Source: an uncultured Marinobacter sp. (GTDB lineage Bacteria; Pseudomonadota; Gammaproteobacteria; Pseudomonadales; Oleiphilaceae). From it: a stretch of 32,782 bases of DNA. The notes below the pieces were generated by a model. The model was not told where the DNA came from and searched no databases. It saw only the letters and a list, made by a program, of their open reading frames with translations. The stretch lies in the NCBI GenBank assembly GCA_964446185.1, contig CAYUNQ010000003.1, forward strand, positions 1 to 32,782, written 5' to 3'. Below are positions 21,282 through 32,310 of the stretch, one piece after another (positions within the stretch are counted from its first letter, which is position 1; every line of letters begins with the position of its first letter). The translations under genes were made by a program, and so were the position numbers.

Positions 21282-21461
21282 GCAGCTATACTCCCTTCTG
21301 TACTGGTGATTGATGAACATTATACCTGCTGAAAGCAGACAAAAGGGTAGTAAATGTGTCATATGTTCGCCGCCCCCTTGGAATAGCCCGGGACGGGTGT
21401 CATTATTTCGCTAAAGTTACGAAAATCCGGTTTTCATTGTTGCCGGGGCATGGAGAAGCCA

Positions 21462-22934
21462 ATGGTTGATCGATCCGTATGTGCTTGCGACCTGATGCTG
21501 TTCGGGGCATTTGGCGACCTGGCCCAGCGCAAACTGTTTCCCGCTTTATACCAGCTGGACCGTGCCGGGCTGCTGGCGCCGGACAGCCGGATACTGGCGA
21601 TTGCCCGGCGGGACCTGGACACCGCAGGCATGCGTGAAGCCTTGCTGGCCAGATTGATAAAGCAGGTGCCCGAAGCCGAGTTTGATGCCGAAGTGGCCCG
21701 TAGCTTTGTTAACCGGGTGGAATACCTTGAGTTGGATTTCAACAATACTGACGGTTTCCTGGTACTCAATGACTGGAGGCACCCGGACAACCAGTTGATT
21801 GTCTACATGGCGACACCGCCGTCGATGTACGGGGTTATCGCCCGCAACCTTCGAACCGGTGCCTGCTGCACCGAGCGCACCCGGGTGGTGGTTGAAAAAC
21901 CCATAGGCCATGACCTTGAATCCTCGAAAGTCATCAACGATGCGCTGGCGGAGGTGTACCTCGAAAGTCAGTTGTTCCGGATCGACCACTACCTGGGTAA
22001 GGAAACGGTCCAGAACCTGATTGCGCTGAGGTTTGCCAACAACCTGTTCGCCTCACAGTGGGACCAGAACCACATCTCCCATGTGGAGATCACCGTTGCG
22101 GAAAGCGTGGGTATCGCGGGGCGCTGGGGGTATTTCGACAAAGCCGGTCAGATCCGGGACATGATCCAGAACCACCTGTTGCAGCTGCTCTGCCTGATTG
22201 CCATGGACCCGCCCTCAGACCTGTCGGCGGACAGCATCCGGGACGAAAAGGTCAAGGTGCTCAAGGCGCTTAAACGGATTACCCCGGATATGATGGCGGA
22301 GTATGTGGTGCGCGGCCAATACGCCGCAGGTTCCAGCGAAGGCAAGCCAGTACCCGGGTATCTGGAAGAGGAGGGGGCGAATAAGTCCAGCGAAACCGAG
22401 ACCTTTGTCGCCCTCAAGGCGGAGATTGATAACTGGCGCTGGTCTGGTGTGCCGTTCTATATCCGCACCGGCAAGCGGCTGCCGGAGAAAATGTCGCAGA
22501 TCATTATCCATTTCAAGCCTGCGCCCCATTACATCTTCGACCCGGACCAGAAGCACCTGGCCAACAACAAGCTGATTATCCGGCTGCAGCCCGACGAAGG
22601 CATGGCCCTGAAAATCCTCACCAAGGATCAGGGGCTGGACAAGGGCATGCGGTTGCGACAGGGGCCACTGGAGCTCACGTTCTCTGAAACCTTCGATGCC
22701 GAGCGTATTCCGGATGCCTACGAGCGCTTGCTGTGGGAGATCATGCGGGGCAACCAGTACCTGTTTGTTCGCCGTGATGAGGTGGAGCATGCCTGGCGCT
22801 GGGTAGACCAGATTATCCGGAACTGGCACGACAGTGGCGAGCCGCCTAAACGCTACGCCGCAGGCACCTGGGGGCCAGTGGCTTCGATTGCCATGATCAC
22901 CCGGGATGGCAGGAGTTGGTATGAAGACGTGTGA
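21462..22934 (+). CDS. zwf: Glucose-6-phosphate 1-dehydrogenase
   Basis: [35 protein letters not shown]; GGAG RBS favours ATG 21462 over 21450. Confidence 0.96.
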   Translation: MVDRSVCACDLMLFGAFGDLAQRKLFPALYQLDRAGLLAPDSRILAIARRDLDTAGMREALLARLIKQVPEAEFDAEVARSFVNRVEYLELDFNNTDGFLVLNDWRHPDNQLIVYMATPPSMYGVIARNLRTGACCTERTRVVVEKPIGHDLESSKVINDALAEVYLESQLFRIDHYLGKETVQNLIALRFANNLFASQWDQNHISHVEITVAESVGIAGRWGYFDKAGQIRDMIQNHLLQLLCLIAMDPPSDLSADSIRDEKVKVLKALKRITPDMMAEYVVRGQYAAGSSEGKPVPGYLEEEGANKSSETETFVALKAEIDNWRWSGVPFYIRTGKRLPEKMSQIIIHFKPAPHYIFDPDQKHLANNKLIIRLQPDEGMALKILTKDQGLDKGMRLRQGPLELTFSETFDAERIPDAYERLLWEIMRGNQYLFVRRDEVEHAWRWVDQIIRNWHDSGEPPKRYAAGTWGPVASIAMITRDGRSWYEDV

Positions 22935-23640
22935 TTTTCCGCTGCCCGAAGGCGTGCAGGCGTTTTTCAGTGATAGCGCACAGGAATGCGCCGGCCAGTT
23001 GGCGTTGCATGTGGCAGAGAGCTTGCGCGCCCGCCTGACCCGGGGGCGGAGGGCTTCGCTGGTGGTGTCTGGCGGCTCCACACCGCTGCCGTTTTTTCAC
23101 GCCCTGGCCGATCAGGAGCTGGCCTGGGCACGGGTGACTTTGCTGCTGGCAGACGAGCGCTGGGTGCCGGAAGGAGATCCGGCCAGTAACACCACGCTGG
23201 TACGCCGCAACCTGTTGCAGGGCAGGGCACGTGAGGCACGTTTCCTTAGTCTCAGGCAGCCGTTATGCAGTGCCGAGCAGGCGTTGCCGGCCATCGAGCT
23301 GGTGTTGGCGGAACTTAAACTGCCGTTGGATGTGGCCGTTCTGGGTATGGGTAACGATGGCCACACGGCATCGCTGTTTCCGGATGCGCCCCAATTGCCG
23401 GAGGCGATGTCGTTGCAGGCACCCGGCCGGGTGTGCGTGATGACACCGCCGTCCCAGACCCATACCCGGGTAACCCTGACCCGGCCGGTTCTGGCGGGGG
23501 CGCGGTTTCTGGCCCTGCACCTGAAGGGTGAGGACAAGCTGGATACACTGGAAAGAGCGGTTAAGGCCCCGGAGTACTGGCAGGAAATGCCGATCCGTGC
23601 TTTCCTGAAACCTGGTTTGCGAATTTACTGGAGCCCGTAA
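22921..23640 (+). CDS. pgl: 6-phosphogluconolactonase
   Basis: [28 protein letters not shown]; overlaps the zwf 3' end. Confidence 0.94.
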   Translation: MKTCDFPLPEGVQAFFSDSAQECAGQLALHVAESLRARLTRGRRASLVVSGGSTPLPFFHALADQELAWARVTLLLADERWVPEGDPASNTTLVRRNLLQGRAREARFLSLRQPLCSAEQALPAIELVLAELKLPLDVAVLGMGNDGHTASLFPDAPQLPEAMSLQAPGRVCVMTPPSQTHTRVTLTRPVLAGARFLALHLKGEDKLDTLERAVKAPEYWQEMPIRAFLKPGLRIYWSP

Positions 23641-23676
23641 CGGGCTGTTGTCCGGTTAACGCCGGGGGAGACCTGA

Positions 23677-24336
23677 ATGCCATTGCTGTCTGAAGAACAT
23701 AAGGACAAGATCGAGTTTGTGATGGCTCAGTCGCCGCTGATCCCGGTGATTACCATTCATAATCCGGACGATGCAGTGCCGCTTTGCCAGGCTTTGTTTA
23801 ATGGGGGTATCCGGGCGCTGGAAATCACCTTGCGCACAGAACACGGGCTGGATGCCATTCGGCGAGTGCGGGAGGCGATTCCCGATGCCATCGTGGGCGC
23901 TGGTACGGTGATCAGTATAGATCAGTACCGGGAGGTAGAGCGGGCAGGGGCAGAGTTTGTCATTACCCCCGGCGTGACCGACGCCATTCTGGACTTCGGC
24001 GTGACCTCGGAGTCACCCTTGCTGCCGGGCATTGCCACCGTATCGGAAATGATGATGGGTTACAGCCACGGCTACCGGCATTTCAAGTTCTTTCCGGCTG
24101 AGGTGTCGGGTGGTACGGAGGCTTTGAAAGCCTTTGCCGGCCCCTTCCCGGATGTCTGCTTTTGCCCCACCGGCGGGGTTCGCCAGCAGACGGCCGCAGC
24201 CTACCTTGCGCTGCATAATGTTTCTGCGGTGGGCGGTACCTGGCTGACGCCGGATGAAGCCGTTGCCAGTAAAGACTGGCAGACCATCACCGGCATTGCC
24301 CGCGCCAGCCTGGCGGCCATTGGCCACCGGGGCTGA
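23677..24336 (+). CDS. eda: KDPG/KHG aldolase
   Basis: LEITLRT, VGAGTV, FKFFPAE (Schiff-base Lys), FCPTGG. Confidence 0.95.
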   Translation: MPLLSEEHKDKIEFVMAQSPLIPVITIHNPDDAVPLCQALFNGGIRALEITLRTEHGLDAIRRVREAIPDAIVGAGTVISIDQYREVERAGAEFVITPGVTDAILDFGVTSESPLLPGIATVSEMMMGYSHGYRHFKFFPAEVSGGTEALKAFAGPFPDVCFCPTGGVRQQTAAAYLALHNVSAVGGTWLTPDEAVASKDWQTITGIARASLAAIGHRG

Positions 24337-24348
24337 CCGGCTTCCCGG

Positions 24349-25797
24349 TTACTGGATATCGGTACCTACACGAACAATCTTCATGGAGTTGGTGCCGCCC
24401 TGGGCGTTCACGTAGTCGCCTTTGGTGATCACTACCAGGTCGTCATCCTGGACAACGCCCCGGCTCTTCAGCTCGTCGACCGCCAGTGCATTGACCTTTT
24501 CATTGGCGTGATTGGCAGAGTCAAACGGAACCGTTTGCACGCCCCGGAACAGCGCCACCCGGTGCTGGGTGGAGTGGTGCCGGGAGAAAGCGAAGATCGG
24601 CAGGCTGGACTTGATCCGTGACATCAGCCTCGGAGTAGCGCCGGTTTCTGTCAGGCACACGATGGCCGTCACACCCTGCAGGTGGTTGGCCGCGTACATG
24701 GCAGACAGGGCAATGGCCTCGTCCACTTTTTCCATGCTCTCGTGGATCCGGTGCTGGGACTGGTGCATGGACGGGTGCCGCTCGGCGCCGACGCAGATTC
24801 GCACCATGGCTTCTACCGCTTCTTTCGGATAGTCCCCAACGGCGGTTTCCGCCGACAGCATTACTGCGTCCGTGTAGTCCATGACCGCGTTGGCAACGTC
24901 TGAGACCTCCGCCCGCGTGGGCATGGGATTGGTGATCATCGACTCCATCATCTGGGTTGCGGTAATGACCGCCCGGTTCAGCACCCGGGCCCGTTTGATA
25001 ATGTGTTTCTGAACGCCCACCAGTTCGGCGTCGCCAATTTCCACGGCCAGGTCGCCGCGGGCGACCATCACCGCATCGGAGGCTTCAATTACCGCGTCCA
25101 GTGCATCGGTGTTATGGGCCAGTTCGGCCCGTTCAATCTTGGCTACCAGGCCGGCATCGGAGCCGGCTTCTTTCAGCAGTTGCCGGGCCACGTGCATATC
25201 GTCGGCGGTGCGGACAAAGGATACGGCCACATAGTCGGCACCTAGGCGGGCTGCGGTGACGATGTCCTGCTTGTCTTTCTCGGTGAGGGCGTCTGCGGAG
25301 AGGCCGCCACCGCGCTTGTTCAGGCCCTTGTTGTTGGACAGCGGGCCGCCGATCAGAACGGTGGAGGTGATGCTGTGATCGTCTACCGCGGTCACTTCCA
25401 TTTCAATACGGCCGTCGTCCAGGACCAGGATATCGCCCGGGCTGACGTCGTTGATCAGTTGTTCGTAATCGATGCCAACCCGCTCGGCGGTTCCTGCCTC
25501 TTTGTCCATGGTGGCGTCGAGGACAAAGGTCTGGCCCCGCTCGAGGGTAACCTTGTTGTCGGTGAAGCGGGCGATACGCAGTTTCGGGCCTTGCAGGTCG
25601 GCCAGGATGGCCACAAAGCGCCCTTGAGCCGAGGCGGCGGCACGAACCCGGCGGGCCCGTTCCATATGCTCTTCGGCGCTGCCGTGGGAAAAGTTGAGGC
25701 GGGTAACATCAACGCCGGCGGCGATGATACCTGCCAGCGATTCCTCACTGTCGGTTGCGGGGCCGAGGGTGGCGACAATCTTGGTGCGCCTGAGCAT
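24349..25797 (-). CDS. pyk: Pyruvate kinase (PykA type)
   Basis: [54 protein letters not shown]. Confidence 0.96.
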   Translation of the reverse strand: MLRRTKIVATLGPATDSEESLAGIIAAGVDVTRLNFSHGSAEEHMERARRVRAAASAQGRFVAILADLQGPKLRIARFTDNKVTLERGQTFVLDATMDKEAGTAERVGIDYEQLINDVSPGDILVLDDGRIEMEVTAVDDHSITSTVLIGGPLSNNKGLNKRGGGLSADALTEKDKQDIVTAARLGADYVAVSFVRTADDMHVARQLLKEAGSDAGLVAKIERAELAHNTDALDAVIEASDAVMVARGDLAVEIGDAELVGVQKHIIKRARVLNRAVITATQMMESMITNPMPTRAEVSDVANAVMDYTDAVMLSAETAVGDYPKEAVEAMVRICVGAERHPSMHQSQHRIHESMEKVDEAIALSAMYAANHLQGVTAIVCLTETGATPRLMSRIKSSLPIFAFSRHHSTQHRVALFRGVQTVPFDSANHANEKVNALAVDELKSRGVVQDDDLVVITKGDYVNAQGGTNSMKIVRVGTDIQ

Positions 25798-25904
25798 AGT
25801 GCGAGTCCTTGTGTGTAATATTTGAGTGTTCAATTGAACCTGAAAGCCCCCGGCAAAGAAAGTACACTTAGGTCTGGAATAACCACGATACAGGGAGAAA
25901 GCCC

Positions 25905-27722
25905 ATGCACCCCACGGTTCTGAAGGTGACCAACCGCATCATCGAACGCAGCAGGGCTTCCCGCGCGGATTATCTCGAGAGGATGGCCGGGCTTGCGGCA
26001 AAGGACCCCCATCGTGGCACCTTGTCTTGCGGTAACCTGGCCCATGGCTTTGCAGCTTGTAGCCAAGGCGATAAAGACACCCTGAAATTCCTCAACCGGG
26101 CCAACGTGGCCATGGTGTCTGCCTACAACGACATGTTATCGGCCCACCAACCTTACCAGCGCTTCCCCGACCTTATCCGTGAAGCGGCCCATGGTATGGG
26201 CTCGGTAGCCCAGTTTGCCGGCGGCACCCCCGCCATGTGTGACGGGGTTACCCAGGGTCAGCCGGGAATGGAGCTGAGCCTGTTCTCCCGGGACACCATC
26301 GCCATGAGCACGGCGGTGGCACTGAGCCACAACATGTTCGACGCGGTCATGCTACTGGGTATATGTGACAAAATTGTGCCAGGGTTGCTGATTGGCGCCC
26401 TGAGTTTTGGCCATCTGCCAGCCATTCTGGTGCCATCCGGCCCAATGCCGTCCGGGCTGCCGAACAAGGAAAAGCAGCGAATTCGCCAGCTCTATGCCGA
26501 GGGCAAGATTAGCCGGGATGAACTGCTGGAAGCCGAGAGTCAGTCTTACCACAGCCCGGGTACCTGTACCTTTTACGGCACCGCCAACAGCAACCAGATG
26601 CTGGTGGAGGTAATGGGGCTGCACTTGCCCGGCGCTGCGTTCGTTCACCCGAATACTCCCTTGCGGGATGAGCTGACCCGCGCGGCTACCGAGCAGGTGA
26701 TTAAATTGTCGCGGCCCCATGGCGGAGAATTGGGGCTCGGCCATATGGTAGACGAGAAAGCCATTGTGAATGCCCTGGTAGCCCTGCTGGTGACCGGTGG
26801 CTCCACCAACCACACCATCCACTGGATCGCTATTGCCCGGGCGGCCGGGATCCAGATCGACTGGAACGACTACGCCGAGTTGTCATCGGTGGTGCCCTCC
26901 ATGACCCGCATTTACCCGAACGGCCAGGAAGACATCAACGCCTTTCACGAAGCCGGCGGCACGCCGTTCCTGATCCGGGAATTGCTGGCGCAAGGCTACC
27001 TGCATAACGACGTCAATACCGTGATCGGCAGAGGGCTGGAGGCCTATGCCCGAATGCCGGAGCTGGAAGGGGAAAGCCTTCGCTGGCAGCCGGCCCCGGC
27101 GAAGAGCCGGTACCCGGATGTACTCAGCAGCGCCGCAGAGCCGTTTGCCCCGGATGGCGGCCTGCGAGTGCTGGAGGGCAACCTCGGGCGGGGAGTGATC
27201 AAGGTGTCGGCGGTGGCGCCGGAACACCATCGGGTAGAGGCACCGGCGGTGGTGTTCAACGACCAGAACGAATTGAAAGCCGCTTTTGACGCTGGCGACC
27301 TGGACAGGGATTGTGTGGTGGTGGTGCGCTTTCAGGGGCCGAAAGCCAACGGCATGCCGGAATTGCACAAGCTCACCCCGTATCTGGGGGTACTGCAGGA
27401 CCGCGGCTACCGGGTGGCGCTGGTGACCGATGGCCGGATGTCCGGTGCCTCCGGCAAGGTACCGGCGGCGATCCATGTTTACCCGGAAGCGCTGGCAGGC
27501 GGCCCGCTGTCCAGAATCCGCGACGGTGATCTTATATGCGTGGACGCCGGCAGTGGCGAGCTGTCGGTGCAACTCAGTGAGCAGGAGCTGGCGGCCCGCT
27601 CGCCGGCCGGTATGAACCTGTCCGGGCACCACACCGGCTATGGCCGGGAACTGTTTGGCTGGATGCGCCAGGGCGTGACCGACCCGGAGCAGGGCGCCAG
27701 TGTGTTCTGGAGTGCCGGCTGA
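25905..27722 (+). CDS. edd: Phosphogluconate dehydratase
   Basis: [53 protein letters not shown]. Confidence 0.96.
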   Translation: MHPTVLKVTNRIIERSRASRADYLERMAGLAAKDPHRGTLSCGNLAHGFAACSQGDKDTLKFLNRANVAMVSAYNDMLSAHQPYQRFPDLIREAAHGMGSVAQFAGGTPAMCDGVTQGQPGMELSLFSRDTIAMSTAVALSHNMFDAVMLLGICDKIVPGLLIGALSFGHLPAILVPSGPMPSGLPNKEKQRIRQLYAEGKISRDELLEAESQSYHSPGTCTFYGTANSNQMLVEVMGLHLPGAAFVHPNTPLRDELTRAATEQVIKLSRPHGGELGLGHMVDEKAIVNALVALLVTGGSTNHTIHWIAIARAAGIQIDWNDYAELSSVVPSMTRIYPNGQEDINAFHEAGGTPFLIRELLAQGYLHNDVNTVIGRGLEAYARMPELEGESLRWQPAPAKSRYPDVLSSAAEPFAPDGGLRVLEGNLGRGVIKVSAVAPEHHRVEAPAVVFNDQNELKAAFDAGDLDRDCVVVVRFQGPKANGMPELHKLTPYLGVLQDRGYRVALVTDGRMSGASGKVPAAIHVYPEALAGGPLSRIRDGDLICVDAGSGELSVQLSEQELAARSPAGMNLSGHHTGYGRELFGWMRQGVTDPEQGASVFWSAG

Positions 27723-28696
27723 TGACCATGGGCGATCAGCAGCCCCTGTCTCTGGTAGGAGATATCGGCGGTACCCACGCCCGCTTTGCGCTGGTGTCTC
27801 CGGGATCGGTGCAGTTGCAGTCCATGCAGGCGTTCCGTTGTGCCGAGTTCACGGGGCCGGGGCCGGCGATTGCAGAATACCTCAGGGGGGCAGGGCCGGT
27901 GACTGTCAGCGAGGCCTGCCTGGCCGTTGCCGCTCCGGTAACCGGTAAGGTCATTACCATGACCAACAACCGTTGGAGGTTCGATACCGGGCAACTGGCA
28001 CAGCATTTCGGCCTGCAACGGTTCCGGCTGGTGAACGATTACACGGCCATGGCGCTTGGGGTCTTGCACGTACCGGACAGTCATCTGGTGCCGGTAGGTG
28101 GTGGCGAACCCACTCATTCACGGCCCATACTGGTACTGGGGCCGGGCACCGGGCTGGGTATCTCGGCACTGGTGCCTGCGGGTGAAGGCTGGATTCCGCT
28201 GGCAACCGAGGGTGGCCATGTCGACTTTGCGCCGGTGGACGATTGTGAATATGAGATCGCCCGCCGCCTGCGCGCCAGCTATGGCCGGGTTTCGGTGGAA
28301 CGTCTGCTGTGCGGGGAGGGCATCATGAACCTGTACCGCGCGCTGGCCGGGATAGCCGGCAGGGAGCCGGTGCTGGAAACTCCAGAGCAGGTTTCTGCTG
28401 CAGCAATGGCCGGCGGGGATGAGCTGGCCGCTGATGCCCTCGGGCGGTTCTGTGACATTTTGGGGCGGGTCGCCGGTAACGGCGTACTGACTTTGGGCAG
28501 TTACGGCGGCGTGTTTCTGTGCGGTGGCATTTTGCCCGCCATTCGGGAGTTTTTCCTAACCAGCAGCTTTCGTTCAGCGTTCGAAAACAAGGGCCGTATG
28601 CGGCCGTTGCTGGAGGCTACGCCCGTGCATCTGGTGCTTGATGGCAACGCAGGGTTGTACGGAGCTGCGGCTGCTCTCACCCATTCCGGGACTTGA
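27722..28696 (+). CDS. glk: Glucokinase
   Basis: GDIGGTHARFAL, VNDY, GPGTGLG, EGGH, VSVER, GGI; TGATG coupling with edd. Confidence 0.95.
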   Translation: MTMGDQQPLSLVGDIGGTHARFALVSPGSVQLQSMQAFRCAEFTGPGPAIAEYLRGAGPVTVSEACLAVAAPVTGKVITMTNNRWRFDTGQLAQHFGLQRFRLVNDYTAMALGVLHVPDSHLVPVGGGEPTHSRPILVLGPGTGLGISALVPAGEGWIPLATEGGHVDFAPVDDCEYEIARRLRASYGRVSVERLLCGEGIMNLYRALAGIAGREPVLETPEQVSAAAMAGGDELAADALGRFCDILGRVAGNGVLTLGSYGGVFLCGGILPAIREFFLTSSFRSAFENKGRMRPLLEATPVHLVLDGNAGLYGAAAALTHSGT

Positions 28697-28698
28697 CC

Positions 28699-29301
28699 AT
28701 GACGGCACCCGACATCCCTCTCGACAGTCTCGATTTTGACCAGCTGGTCCGGCAGGTGCGGGCATGCACCCTGTGCAAAGAGGTTTTGCCTCTGGGCCCG
28801 CGCCCGATAATCCAGATGTCGCCCTCGTCCCGCATTCTGGTGGTGGGGCAGGCGCCGGGCAGGAAGGTCCATGAGACCGGAATTCCATTCAACGATCCCA
28901 GCGGCGACCGCCTGCGCCAGTGGATGGGGGTGGACAGGGAGCAGTTCTATAACGAGGAGCAGATCGCTGTTTTGCCCATGGGCTTTTGCTTTCCCGGCAC
29001 TGGAAAATCCGGCGACCTGCCGCCCCGGCCGGAATGCGCCGAAACCTGGCGGGTGGCCTTGCTGGCGCGCCTGGCCAAGGTTGAACTGACCCTGGTCATC
29101 GGCCAGTACGCGCAGGCCTGGCACCTGCCGGACAGCAGAAAATCGGTGACGGATAATGTCAGAGCCTGGAAAGAATACTGGCCAGGGCTGTTGCCCATGC
29201 CGCACCCGAGCCCGCGCAACATTCGCTGGCTGAAAACGAATCCCTGGTTCGAGCAGGACGTGATTCCCCGCCTCCAGGCCCGGGTCCGGGAGTTACTCTG
29301 A
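28699..29301 (+). CDS. Uracil-DNA glycosylase superfamily protein (family-4-like)
   Basis: CxxC, GQAPG, FNDPSGDRL, FCFPG, PRPEC, PHPSPRN motifs. Confidence 0.85.
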   Translation: MTAPDIPLDSLDFDQLVRQVRACTLCKEVLPLGPRPIIQMSPSSRILVVGQAPGRKVHETGIPFNDPSGDRLRQWMGVDREQFYNEEQIAVLPMGFCFPGTGKSGDLPPRPECAETWRVALLARLAKVELTLVIGQYAQAWHLPDSRKSVTDNVRAWKEYWPGLLPMPHPSPRNIRWLKTNPWFEQDVIPRLQARVRELL

Positions 29302-30867
29302 GCCGGTGGCGCCGGCAAACAGGCTCTGATGCCGGATGGCCGCCCGGTGTATGTAGGCATCCAGCTGTTCCCGCTGCTCTTCACTGATATACAGTCCTTG
29401 CTTGGTGCGCCGCCAGAGCACGTCTTCGGCGCTCAGGGCCCACTCGTGGGCAATCAGGTAGTCCACTTCTCGCTGGTACAGGGTGGCAGTGTAGGCGTGG
29501 CCCAGGTCTTCGCTACTGGCACAGCCTTTAAGTATGTGGTGGCTGTCGGTGCCATAGCTGCGCACAAAACGACGGGTGATGGCACGGTCGAGCCAGGGGT
29601 AGTGCAGCTGCAGCTCTTCCGATAGTTGCTGCTGGTTGGAAAAGTCGGCCCCCGGTAACAGGGCGTTCCGGGTCCAGGATTTACCCGCCCCGGGGAAGTA
29701 CTGGCATACGGCGTCAGTGGCGGCCTCGGCCAGTTTCCGGAAGGTGGTAATCTTGCCTCCGAACACCGAGATCAGCGGTGGCTGGTGGTTCTGGTCGTCC
29801 ACCTCGAAGGAGTAATCCCGCGATGCACTCTGGGCGGTGCCGCCTTCATCGTCCATCAGTGGCCGGACGCCCGAGTAACTCCAGACCACGTCGCTTGCGC
29901 TCAGTTGCCGGCGGAAATACTGGTTTACCACCTCCAGCAGGTAGTTGGTTTCCTCTTCGGATATGCTCGCTTCAGACGGGTTGCCCTCGTAGTCCACATC
30001 GGTGGTGCCGATCAGGGAGAATTCGTCTTCGTAGGGGATTACGAACACAATGCGCTCATCGGCATTCTGCAGAATGTAGGCTTCGGTCTCCTGATTGAGC
30101 CGGGGCACTACAATGTGACTGCCTTTGACCATCCGGATCTGCTTCGGTGGCGTCATGCCCAGGCTTTCCCCGAACAACCGGCTGACCCAGGGCCCGGTGG
30201 CATTGACGATCACTTTCGCGTGCACGGTTCGGCGGTGGCCGGTAAGTGTGTCTTCCAGTACCGCCTGCCAGCTGGAGTCCTGGCGTTCGGCCCGGAGACA
30301 TCGGGTGCGGGGCAGTATGCTTGCGCCTTTCTGCTGGGCTTTGCGAGCCGACAGCACCACCAACCGGGCGTCGTCTACCCAGCCGTCGGAGTATTCGAAG
30401 CCCCGGGTGATTTCAGGCTTGAGGGGGGAGTCGCCGCCGAAGGTGATGGCGTTTGAGCCGGCCAGAAGTTCCCGCTTGGCCAGGTGGTCATAAAGGAACA
30501 GGCCGGTGCGGATCATCCAGGCCGGCCTCAGGTGAGGCTGGTGGGGTAAGCGGAAACGCATCGGCCACATGATGTGGGGTGCATTGCCCAGCAGGGCCTC
30601 CCGTTCGGCCAGCGCCTCACGCACCAGCCTGAACTCGTAATGTTCCAGATAGCGCAGGCCACCGTGGATCAGTTTGCTGCTGCTGGAGGAAGTGGCCGAG
30701 GCCAGGTCGTTCATTTCACAAAGAACGACTCTGAGCCCGCGGCCGGCAGCGTCCATGGCGATACCGGTGCCATTAACGCCGCCTCCGATGACCAGGAGGT
30801 CGCAGTGGTCGGGGAATCCACCGAGCGGTGAAGTCTCTGTGCTGGTTTTTGATGCCTTCCGAACCAC
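29293..30867 (-). CDS. glpD: FAD-dependent glycerol-3-phosphate dehydrogenase
   Basis: IGGGVNGTGIA.DAAGRG, ATSSSSSKLIHGGLRYLE, DDARL, KGSH, GVRPL, GGKITTFRKLAE; GTG start with AAGGAG RBS. Confidence 0.94.
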   Translation of the reverse strand: MVRKASKTSTETSPLGGFPDHCDLLVIGGGVNGTGIAMDAAGRGLRVVLCEMNDLASATSSSSSKLIHGGLRYLEHYEFRLVREALAEREALLGNAPHIMWPMRFRLPHQPHLRPAWMIRTGLFLYDHLAKRELLAGSNAITFGGDSPLKPEITRGFEYSDGWVDDARLVVLSARKAQQKGASILPRTRCLRAERQDSSWQAVLEDTLTGHRRTVHAKVIVNATGPWVSRLFGESLGMTPPKQIRMVKGSHIVVPRLNQETEAYILQNADERIVFVIPYEDEFSLIGTTDVDYEGNPSEASISEEETNYLLEVVNQYFRRQLSASDVVWSYSGVRPLMDDEGGTAQSASRDYSFEVDDQNHQPPLISVFGGKITTFRKLAEAATDAVCQYFPGAGKSWTRNALLPGADFSNQQQLSEELQLHYPWLDRAITRRFVRSYGTDSHHILKGCASSEDLGHAYTATLYQREVDYLIAHEWALSAEDVLWRRTKQGLYISEEQREQLDAYIHRAAIRHQSLFAGATGSE

Positions 30868-30886
30868 TGTCTGTTCACTCCTTGTG

Positions 30887-32137
30887 TCAGAGTCGGAGTG
30901 GCTTGCCTGCCGCGCGGCGGCGCTCCTCCCACTCTTCTTTGGTTTGTGCCGCTTCTTCGCCAGGCAGCGAGCCGATGATCTCGAAGTAGTCCGAGGCGAA
31001 CGGGTCGGCCATGACTTTTTCCCGGGGCCTGGCTTTTACCACGTATACGGTTTGCACGTTCTGGTGGTCGAAGTTGCGCCAGTACTGCTCGTCTTTCAGG
31101 AGACTGTAGCGGTGGCCCTCAAGCGCACGGATAACATCGGCGGTATTGGTGGTGCCGGCCCGCTCCACGGCGTCCTTGTACTGGTACACAATACTGTAGG
31201 CCGAGGCTGCAGCGGAAGAGGGGCGCATCTCGTAGCGGGCAGAAAACGACTCAACAAACTCCTTGCCGCGGGGGTAGTTGTATTCGTATGGCAGGTTCCA
31301 GACCCATGGCGCACCCCCGATAACCCCTTCCATCATAGTGGAACCTACCTGCCGGGCCATGCCCAGTGTCAGGTTCGGTACCACCACTTGCATGCGTTTG
31401 GTCAGCCCCATTTCGTAGGCAACCTGCAGGGCCCGGACCATGTCGTCTCCGAACAGTACCAGCATCAGTACTTTGGCATCGGACGCTGCTGCCTGCTCCA
31501 GGGCGTTACGGAAGTCGGTGATCAGGGCCCGGGGGAAGGGGGTTTTTACCCCAGGATGCTGCTCGGTGTCCTGGGTGTTGGAGAACTGGCGCACGGACTC
31601 TTCCACAGACCAGCCCCAGGTGTAATCTGCGGTGATATAGAAATAGTCATCGCCAGCGTGGTTCTGGTTCAGGTAGCTGCTCAGAGCCTTGGCTGCCATC
31701 CAGGCATTGTAAGGCTCCCGGAACATGTGGCTATGGCCTTCACTGCCTGTCGTGGCGTTGGAATAGGTAAGGGTGCCGAAGTAGAGGCGATCTCGCTCCC
31801 GGGCGGCTTTGCCGGAGGCTATGGCAACCGCGCTGGAAACACCGCCGAAGACCATCTGCACGCCTTCCCTGTCGATCAGCTCTGCGGTGTTGCGGGCACC
31901 TGCGTCCGGCTCGCCCCGGGTGTTGCGGATAACCAGTTCCAGGGGCTGCCCCAGTACGCCGCCGGCCTGGTTGATTTCATCCACGGCAAGGTAGGCACCC
32001 AGGCGTTGCTGCAACCCCTGGTTTTTGTAGCGCCCGGTTTCCGGGTAGTTAAGGCCGATTTTTAGGGATTCGGCAGAAACCGTGGCGCTGCCGAGCATAA
32101 GCAGGCAGGCCGAAAGCAGGATATTCCTGAAAGTCAT
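30887..32137 (-). CDS. Type-I (LivJ/LivK-like) periplasmic substrate-binding protein, no cognate ABC genes nearby
   Basis: Sec signal (..ATVSA), KIGLNYPETG, LAVDEINQAGGVLG, GGVSSAVA, ADYTWG; GGAGG RBS. Confidence 0.85.
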   Translation of the reverse strand: MTFRNILLSACLLMLGSATVSAESLKIGLNYPETGRYKNQGLQQRLGAYLAVDEINQAGGVLGQPLELVIRNTRGEPDAGARNTAELIDREGVQMVFGGVSSAVAIASGKAARERDRLYFGTLTYSNATTGSEGHSHMFREPYNAWMAAKALSSYLNQNHAGDDYFYITADYTWGWSVEESVRQFSNTQDTEQHPGVKTPFPRALITDFRNALEQAAASDAKVLMLVLFGDDMVRALQVAYEMGLTKRMQVVVPNLTLGMARQVGSTMMEGVIGGAPWVWNLPYEYNYPRGKEFVESFSARYEMRPSSAAASAYSIVYQYKDAVERAGTTNTADVIRALEGHRYSLLKDEQYWRNFDHQNVQTVYVVKARPREKVMADPFASDYFEIIGSLPGEEAAQTKEEWEERRRAAGKPLRL

Positions 32138-32310
32138 CGTGGGTTAGCCTCCGGGTCAGGGTGCGCGCAGCCTATCCCTGTCAGGTGACAGGCTGATGTA
32201 ATGGCGCAGTTTCATACGGGGGGCCGGGGGCGGCAATGGGACTATAGTGTAGAGGGCGTGCTAATTGACAGAAGCTTGATTTAAGTCAGTTTCAGGCGCT
32301 GTCGAGAGGG

